Source of the DNA: Selaginella moellendorffii
Lineage: Eukaryota > Plantae > Lycopodiophyta
NCBI RefSeq assembly: GCF_000143415.4
Contig: NW_003314262.1
Location: forward strand, 690,721 to 754,720
DNA: 64,000 bases
Direction: 5' to 3'
A program made the translations under genes and the position numbers. Below are positions 56,675 to 64,000 of this stretch, in pieces; position 1 is the first letter of the stretch, and the number at the start of each line of letters is the position of its first letter. The notes beneath the pieces were generated by a model, which did not search any database, was not told where the DNA came from, and saw only the letters and a program-made list of their open reading frames with translations.

Positions 56675-56770
56675 TCCCAGCATAGCTGGGACTTTTGCTA
56701 GTACTCCCTTATTTAAATGTGCTATTGGCATATGGCATCCGGCGTCTTTTATTCCATTTTTAGAATATTA
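56675..56770 (+). mobile_element. Helitron 3' end joined head-to-tail to a 5' end
   Basis: TCCCAGC-ATA-GCTGGGA (56675-56691), CTAG (56698-56701), then TACTCCCTTATTTAAATGTGCTATTGGCATATGGCATC. Confidence 0.72.
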
Positions 56771-57062
56771 TTTTTGAATATGCTTATAATCTAACGGTTG
56801 AAATTCAAAGCCTTCAAATAGATGGCAAAGATCAGGTGCCAAAAGGGTGGCAACGCTTCAATTTTGATTTTAATGACGCTCCAAATCAAGTGAAATTTCT
56901 TAGGGCAATTAGGCTGATTGTGTGTGTGTGTCAAGGATGTGTCAAGGACATGTCAAGGATGTGTCCAAGCTTGCTAAGGGCAACATGCTGCTTGCGCTAT
57001 TGGTGAACAACCGATCAAGGTAGATTGAAAATTCTTTACTTTTTTCTGAAGACAATTTGCAG

Positions 57063-57713
57063 GGACTGCTGAATCCTGCAGCTATGGCTAGGCTGGCGCT
57101 TGGAGAAGCTTTGACGAATCTTGTTTGGGCTAAGGTACTCTCATCTTAATTGTGTTTACACACCTTATGATCTGTTTAACTTTGCAGGCTGAACTTGATT
57201 CCGACATATATGTACAATCCTGCTGTTGCTCTTCGTGACACTATGATCGAGCTTGAGGTTGCAATAGAAGGTGGAAAGGACAGCTTGTCAATGGCTGCTC
57301 AAGCAGGTGGTGAAACTGTCAAGGCACCTGGGAATCTCGTCATTAGTCGTATGTGACTTGTTCAGACATTACACTCATCATCACCCCTGATTTGAAGGTA
57401 CTGAAATTCATATCCTTTCATTCAAATCTGATTACTTGCTTCTTCCAGATTGGAGAGGAAGTTGTTCTTTTGCACATTACTGTTGGGACTGGAAGGTAGT
57501 CTAGGAGGTTTAGCACTGGCCCAATTTTTTGACCAGGTCAGACAAACTGTGGTTTTCTTTCCTTGCTAGCTTCCACTATGGGGATTATTGATACTTGCCT
57601 GGACGTTGAAATATTTAAGACGTGCCTTCAATGCGATGCAGGTGATCATGTCATTCATCAGTTCTCTTTTTTTAAAAATCTGGATTTTTCTGCGGACAGG
57701 ACCTTATTGGCAA
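57063..57713 (+). pseudogene. FGAM synthase (PurL/PUR4) internal fragment
   Basis: GLLNPAAMARLALGEALTNLVWAK; MIELEVAIEGGKDSLSMAAQAGGETVKAPGNLVIS; ITPDLK; frameshifts; runs into an N gap. Confidence 0.85.
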
Positions 57714-58255
57714 NNNNNNNNNNNNNNNNNNNNNNNNNNNNNNNNNNNNNNNNNNNNNNNNNNNNNNNNNNNNNNNNNNNNNNNNNNNNNNNNNNNNNNN
57801 NNNNNNNNNNNNNNNNNNNNNNNNNNNNNNNNNNNNNNNNNNNNNNNNNNNNNNNNNNNNNNNNNNNNNNNNNNNNNNNNNNNNNNNNNNNNNNNNNNNN
57901 NNNNNNNNNNNNNNNNNNNNNNNNNNNNNNNNNNNNNNNNNNNNNNNNNNNNNNNNNNNNNNNNNNNNNNNNNNNNNNNNNNNNNNNNNNNNNNNNNNNN
58001 NNNNNNNNNNNNNNNNNNNNNNNNNNNNNNNNNNNNNNNNNNNNNNNNNNNNNNNNNNNNNNNNNNNNNNNNNNNNNNNNNNNNNNNNNNNNNNNNNNNN
58101 NNNNNNNNNNNNNNNNNNNNNNNNNNNNNNNNNNNNNNNNNNNNNNNNNNNNNNNNNNNNNNNNNNNNNNNNNNNNNNNNNNNNNNNNNNNNNNNNNNNN
58201 NNNNNNNNNNNNNNNNNNNNNNNNNNNNNNNNNNNNNNNNNNNNNNNNNNNNNNN

Positions 58256-58455
58256 GCGGCATTATCCATCTTGCATTTGAACCGGTGGAGAAAGTTGCCA
58301 GAAATTACTTTCAACACATTACTGAAACCGGGAACACAATATTCACAGACTGTGAATGGCATGCTTGTGTTCATAAAAAAAACAAGTTTAATGACAATAT
58401 CAGCCTCAACACTTTCGCTTTTCTGCATTTTTGCGCGTTGGTGAAGGAGAGCTCA
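58256..58455 (+). pseudogene. BIG/Sec7 ARF-GEF fragment
   Basis: IIHLAFEPVEKVARNYFQHITETGNTIFTDC...KFNDNISLNTFAFLHFCA resembles the plant BIG consensus LAFE..EKI.R.YF..ITETE...FTDC...F..D.SLN..AFLRFCA. Confidence 0.7.
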
Positions 58456-58474
58456 GTACTTTCAGATAGTAACA

Positions 58475-58856
58475 AACATCAAGTTGTTCCGTGCAACTTC
58501 ATTGGAATCATCAAAAGACAGCAATCAGTGATTTTGAGAAGTAAGACAATTGTTATTACTCACGTTACCACAGGCTGACGGTTCATTCAGATGAGATTGT
58601 CAGTAAATTTTTATAACAAATGACGAGTTTATATGCCCAAGCAGACGTATTTGCTTATGGCAAGGTCAGTAAGGAATCTATCGTGTTCTTTCATGGTCTA
58701 AATGTTTCTTTCTTCATATCCCCGAGGAACCTCGGTGTTCTGGATTATTTGATTCCTCATAGAGTAAGTTCCTGAAGGTTCTTTCCTTGCAACTCTACAG
58801 TTACCTTGTTCTTGCAGACTTTCACAGGAAACCGTCCATCCCTAAGTGTGCTGTAT
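58475..58856 (+). pseudogene. Cytosolic glucose-6-phosphate isomerase (PgiC) fragment
   Basis: VVPCNFIGIIKRQQ; AQADVFAYGK; LIPH; TFTGNRPSLSVL, separated by intron-like spacers; degraded. Confidence 0.78.
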
Positions 58857-60009
58857 TATAGATCCAGATTACAAATGATCAAATCCAGATTTTGATTTGA
58901 TATCAAGTGATGTTATCAAATTATCATCTATGTGCTGTTATCTTCAAAGATGTAGGCAATAACAGCATCAATGCAGGGAAGAATGCTGTATCCGCCATAA
59001 CTGTGTAAGTTTTGGAAAGCACTGTCATAGTTGCTCAAGAAAGAGAAAGAGATTGAAAAACAATATAGGAAAAACTCATGCATATGTACCATCATTNNNN
59101 NNNNNNNNNNNNNNNNNNNNNNNNNNNNNNNNNNNNNNNNNNNNNNNNNNNNNNNNNNNNNNNNNNNNNNNNNNNNNNNNNNNNNNNNNNNNNNNNNNNN
59201 NNNNNNNNNNNNNNNNNNNNNNNNNNNNNNNNNNNNNNNNNNNNNNNNNNNNNNNNNNNNNNNNNNNNNNNNNNNNNNNNNNNNNNNNNNNNNNNNNNNN
59301 NNNNNNNNNNNNNNNNNNNNNNNNNNTGACCCAACCTGTGTAGAGTACCAAACTTGTAGGAAATGAGTACTACTTACATGAACAACCCCTGAAAATCAGT
59401 GTTGGCAAGGATGCATTCATGTCCCAGGCCATCTATGAGAAGATCCTCTGGTGTTTCAATCCCACAAACAGCAACTACAACCAAACAACCAACTTGAGTT
59501 CCTTCAACTCAATCATGAAGTAGACTGTCTCTCAGTTTCTCCGAGTGCCCAAGTCAGCTTGCAGGGAGTCTTGTGATGCTACAAATATTAAACCTGGTGA
59601 ATCAATCCTCTTAAGAGTGCCTTGGCTGGGAATTGAGTAGCATGTGCATGGCCTTGCCACCAGTTTTCACCATCTATGCTCGGGTTACTACAAGCAAAAA
59701 CTTTGTTAGCTTCTTCTCAGAGATGAAAGAAAAACTCAAGCTACCTTCTGCAGTTCCATAGAGAAAAAGGACAAACCACATGTCATACAAATGGTAGATA
59801 GCTTATAAAAATTTGAGATTAGAATTTATGCTAGGGTCCTCCCATGATAAATTTAAATGACGATATTAAAAAAATTAAAAACTTTCACAATAATCTTAAT
59901 AAATTCAAATAATACAGCTTTTTAATTATTGATAATGTAGCTACTGAATAGTTATATTACTATTACAGTAATATTAATGACATGCTTTGGAAATTAGGAT
60001 TAGAGCAGT

Positions 60010-61048
60010 AACAATCAAACGAGATTGAACAAGGCAGTGTCTATATATTTTCAGGGAACAGTGGTGTACAGCACCCTAAACCAGCATATACACTATATAA
60101 ATCAAATTGGGAGATAAAGAAAGCAAGACTATGGAGATCAAGTGTGTTGATCTACGTATTCCAAATGTTGTTCTTAATAGAATGAGTGTTTTAGATGCTT
60201 CTCGGCCAAGAGACATTTATAGACGTAATTGGTGGTGTAATGTGGATTGGACAAACATTTCTCCTAAGAATTCTGGAGCATTCATGAGAAGGAGGATGCT
60301 TTCTTTGAGTGATGAATCAGGCCACAGTATAGACATGTGTTTGTGGGATTCAAAGGCCGAAGATGAAGGTTCAGAAATTGAGGAGAAACCTGGATGAGGG
60401 GAGAGGCCTACTGTATGCGTGAAGGGCAGCCGAATGGCAAGTCCATTTCAGTCACATGTGGCTCTACCCTTTTAGTTGATCCTGAATTAGAAGATGTCTC
60501 ATGGCTGTGTGAATGGATGGTTGCTAGCTACAACACAACCATATTTGTCCATGTGACCAACTCTTCTTCTAAAGCAGTGACTTCTGGTACAAAGACAGTA
60601 TCTGAGATGTTGTCTATCAACCTGAAGGTTCGAGTTCTCTACTATTTTTCGTGTTATTGTGTCAGTGAAAGAATTCCAGACTGGTGACTTCTATTACCCA
60701 GCATGCGTGAAGGTTGTCAATGGAAGCCAATGTGGCAAGAAGGTTACTCAGGTTTCAGAAAGTATGTGGCAATGGAACTCTTGTGACACTGATTCTGGAG
60801 ATATTTACTTCAAATATGCACTACACTTGTGTATTCTGGACAGCACTAGACATATATGGGCGGTTGCATTTGATGATGCTGCCAATGAAATTGTAAGGAT
60901 GCCTGCATGTAAGATGGCTGCACTACAAGATGATGATTATACTGTTTTTTTGGCCGTAATGGACTCTATTCGGTCAAAGATGTACAATCTGAAGATTTGT
61001 TACAAGCTCGAGAGCTACAAAGATACCGAAAAATTGAAGTTTTTATAG
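60010..61048 (+). pseudogene. Intronless, frameshifted RPA70 (RPA1)-like gene, probably Helitron-encoded
   Basis: Three consecutive ORFs: LSDESGHSIDMCLW; STLLVDPE; FYYPAC...CGKKV...WQWNSC...YALHLCILDST..IWAVAFDDAANEI (Zn-ribbon OB-fold, one Cys lost). Confidence 0.8.
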
Positions 61049-62262
61049 TTGGACTTAAAAAATGTGTGAGAAAACAAAAAGTATATTTTATTTCTTTCTA
61101 CTATTGTTTTACAATTTGTTGTGTGTGGTATCAGGTTTCTAAATATAAGCCAAGTTGTTGCTTTCAAAACTAATGTTGTGTAGAAGTTGATGAATGATTA
61201 AAACAATTTGTAATAATGTAATTAGTTACAAATTGTTTAAATTAGCTACGTATTGGCAAACATTGCTACAGAATAGATTTAATAAATATAATTTTTGTTA
61301 CATATAAATATGTGAATTAATAAATAATTTTAAATATTAAAATTATAAAATTATCACTAATGTATAATTTTAATACAGTATTATAGTATTATCACTAAAA
61401 TTATCAATACTGTAATATAAATATCATAATATGCATCTAGCTTAATAATATAATTTCAATTTTAGTACATAGACTAATTTTTTATTTCTAAAACTATGAG
61501 TCTATGATATAGATCATACCAGATATGGTAGGTCATATAGAGAAAAATACCAAATAATAATCACTACCACTGCCACTATGAGCATCTATATACATGTATG
61601 ATCTTTTAAAGCTTTAGCTTCTTTCTCTCACAGAATATTAAGTTTCTGGATTATCACTCATATAGCCATTTGTATTGAACCCATCCTTAAGAGTGGGATC
61701 TCATAATGAGTAATTCCACTTATAGAAGATCGAAGATACAATGTTATGAGTTTTATTTATTATGTTATGATGTGTGTTGGTGATAGAATCAATTGTAGAA
61801 GGGATTTTAATATAAATATTATATTATTTTTAACCATTAATTTTATAATTATTATTATATTAAAAATTATAATTATGATTACAAATCTTGTGTAAATTTT
61901 TTTTATCAGTACTCTTATTGTTATTATTAATACAAACATAAATAAAATTAAACATATTGAGTTGTCAAATGGCTAAGATATATATATTATCATAAAAGTT
62001 TCTAAACCTTAATCCTACATCACATTTATACATGAAAAACAACTGCAATTTAATTATATTAAACCTATCTATATATTATTCAGGAATTTTCTGATATATT
62101 TAATTCTAACATAAAGAAAAAATATATATCATCAAACCCTTCTCTACCCCAGTATAGAATAAAACATTACCATTCATTTATCATAATAAAATACCATCAT
62201 TTATAACAGTGTTATAAAGCCCTAATTTTAAATATATATACATGAATATAGAGAGATAATTA

Positions 62263-64000
62263 AGTTCTCGAAGGCCAAGTTAATCTTTTGAGAGTCGAGC
62301 TAGGAGAAGTTCAACTCGCAAAGCTCTTGGCAGGAAAGAGGTGGATCAGACGCCATAAACACGTAAACCTCCTATTTTCTTTCATTTTTGTCTTCAGGAA
62401 TTCCATCTCTTGTTGCCAAGCCGCTGGGTTGTAGGGATTAAAATGCCTGATCCGGTAAATTCATGAAGCCTTGTTCCACTATTCCTGACGAACACTGTAG
62501 GTACTCCAAAGGCCTCAGCTACGATTCTATACTGGACTGGGACAGCAACGCTGCTTCTCGATCTTCCTCGCATTCGTTATTATTCTTCTCAGAACTTGGT
62601 AGCCACAATTTTCACTAAAATATAAAACAAACACTGACTAAAGTCACGCAGATACCCGAGTTCATTCAAAAATCTGGACCGCATGCTGGTATAGTGGCAT
62701 AAAAAAAATTACGATGCTAATCAAAATCTCTCTTTTGCACTTCTTTTTAGGTGAAAGTTCTTTTTTTTTTACACAAGAGAGCGTGCACTTCCATTCGTAA
62801 GAGAAGTGGCCAAGAAGTACTCCAAGTTGATGTCTTTCGGATGTGTTTTGTGGAGGCAAGAGGAAGCTTCGATTGGAAAAGCCGGTAGTTTTAGTAATAA
62901 TCACGTGAATTGATTCATGCTTTTGCGTGTGGAGCAGGCTTGGATTAGAGTTGGCACCGGCAGTAGTTTTCATCAAAGATCCAAGTGTCCAGCCCATAAT
63001 TGTTTATGATAAGAATCTTCTTTTCGGTAGCTTTGAGATGATTTCTTTCACTTTGCGGGTAAATTGACCCGTGGCTCCTTCATGGAAACTGCGGAAGAAC
63101 ATAAAGTTCATGGTAAGTACTACGTAGGCTCTTCCTCCTTTTGCTATCTTTGAATTGCAATTTGATGTGCGTGCTTTTAGTTCATCCTCAGCTGCGAAGC
63201 ATTACGGCTTCCAAACTTGGATGTGATCCTGCAGACTTCTCCGCAGCTGGAAAAGATGTAGAAACATGGTACTGCGTTGTGGTTGCTGGAAGGCCTGGTT
63301 TTCAGCTTGATCAACTCCGCAGTGTAAGATTTTTCTTGTTGTTTCTAGCTGACGAGTTTCTCATATTAGACGATGAGAATCGTGCAAGATGAGCTCGTAA
63401 GCAAGGACATTGATAGCCACAAGTTTGCTGCTGCCACTGCACACAAAGACACGCATTTGAGCCTATCATGGGTTGACGGCGAAATGCAAAAGGTGGATAC
63501 TTATATAGCTCGCTGGTTAATTAATCCTCGTTTTTGTGCAGAAATTTTGCTATTACTGCCTCCCTTCTGAACCCGTCCATGAGACTTGCGGGCGGAGGCA
63601 GAACCAAGAGCAAGACGTGGCAAGGATTTTTATGATACGTTTTAGAAGAGATCCAAGCCATCAAAAGCCGGTGGTGAAGCGAATCAATACCTGGTGGCGT
63701 TTGGATGATGAGGAGCAAGATTTAGCATCGAAGATTATTGCTCCATGCAGTGATGCAAATGAAATCTCGGAGGTTGGTTGGTTTCACTTAGACTTCTTTC
63801 TCTTTTCTGCTATACCAAAGAGTTTTTCTGCAGGTTTTATTGTGGATCTCTAATAGTGTTCGTAACAAATGAAATTCCATTCTTTGTAAGTGTTGTGGTG
63901 TTTTAAAAGTTTCGAGAACTCTTGACTGTGGGATTTTGTTAGAATACTAAGTCGGTGCCTGCGTTAATACCCGAGGAGCAAGCAGTCTCGATGCTCTCTT
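62263..64000 (+). pseudogene. 5'-truncated DnaJ/thioredoxin-fold (DNAJC16/At1g18700-like) gene fragment with introns
   Basis: VELGEVQLAKLLA; GIPSLVA (stop follows); LPRIRYY; APAVVFIKDP; PQLRSITASKLGCD...AGKDVETWYCVVVAGR; LSWVDGEMQKKFC; frameshifts; no J domain upstream. Confidence 0.7.

Larger units (their letters stand above)
34300..64000. mobile_element. AT-rich mosaic of non-autonomous Helitron-like elements with captured gene fragments
   Basis: Repeated hairpin+CTAG 3' ends, TC-ATACTC 5' ends, degenerate RPA70, many broken unrelated gene fragments, internal duplications; no intact gene recognised. Confidence 0.65.

Noticed and set aside
56702-56712. TACTCCCT as a Stowaway/Mariner TIR start
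   Set aside because: It lacks the CTCCCTCCG continuation; related copies begin TCATACTC and follow hairpin-CTAG, which fits Helitron termini better.
57563-59366. Long ORFs in the ORF track
   Set aside because: Mostly X residues from assembly gaps.

Overview
Eukaryotic land-plant nuclear DNA, most likely the lycophyte Selaginella. This is an inference from ~50-70 nt introns, very dense GC-rich genes, retained flagellar genes Rab23 and CCDC40, and a CYP88/KAO-type fragment. The window has two sharply different halves. (1) 1-34.2 kb holds 17 closely packed, apparently intact protein genes: TPR-like (partial), METTL21-like methyltransferase, HEM4/UROS-like, an unknown coiled-coil protein, eIF2D, Trx-like 4, Cu/Zn-SOD, organellar AspRS, membrane-tethered NAC, M3 oligopeptidase, FtsH11, SCE1/UBC9, MAP70, P4-ATPase, Rab23, CCDC40 and a mitochondrial carrier. 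Spacing is extreme: two convergent pairs have directly abutting stop codons and one divergent pair has ATGs 29 nt apart. (2) 34.3-64 kb is an AT-rich mosaic with no intact gene. It contains repeated Helitron-type termini, including head-to-tail CTAG|TC junctions, nested LTR-retrotransposon remnants, direct and inverted duplications, and a series of broken same-strand gene fragments (KAO, SGR2, PurL, BIG ARF-GEF, PGI, RPA70, DnaJ/Trx). Six N gaps limit interpretation. All family assignments come from motif recognition by eye; no database search was run.
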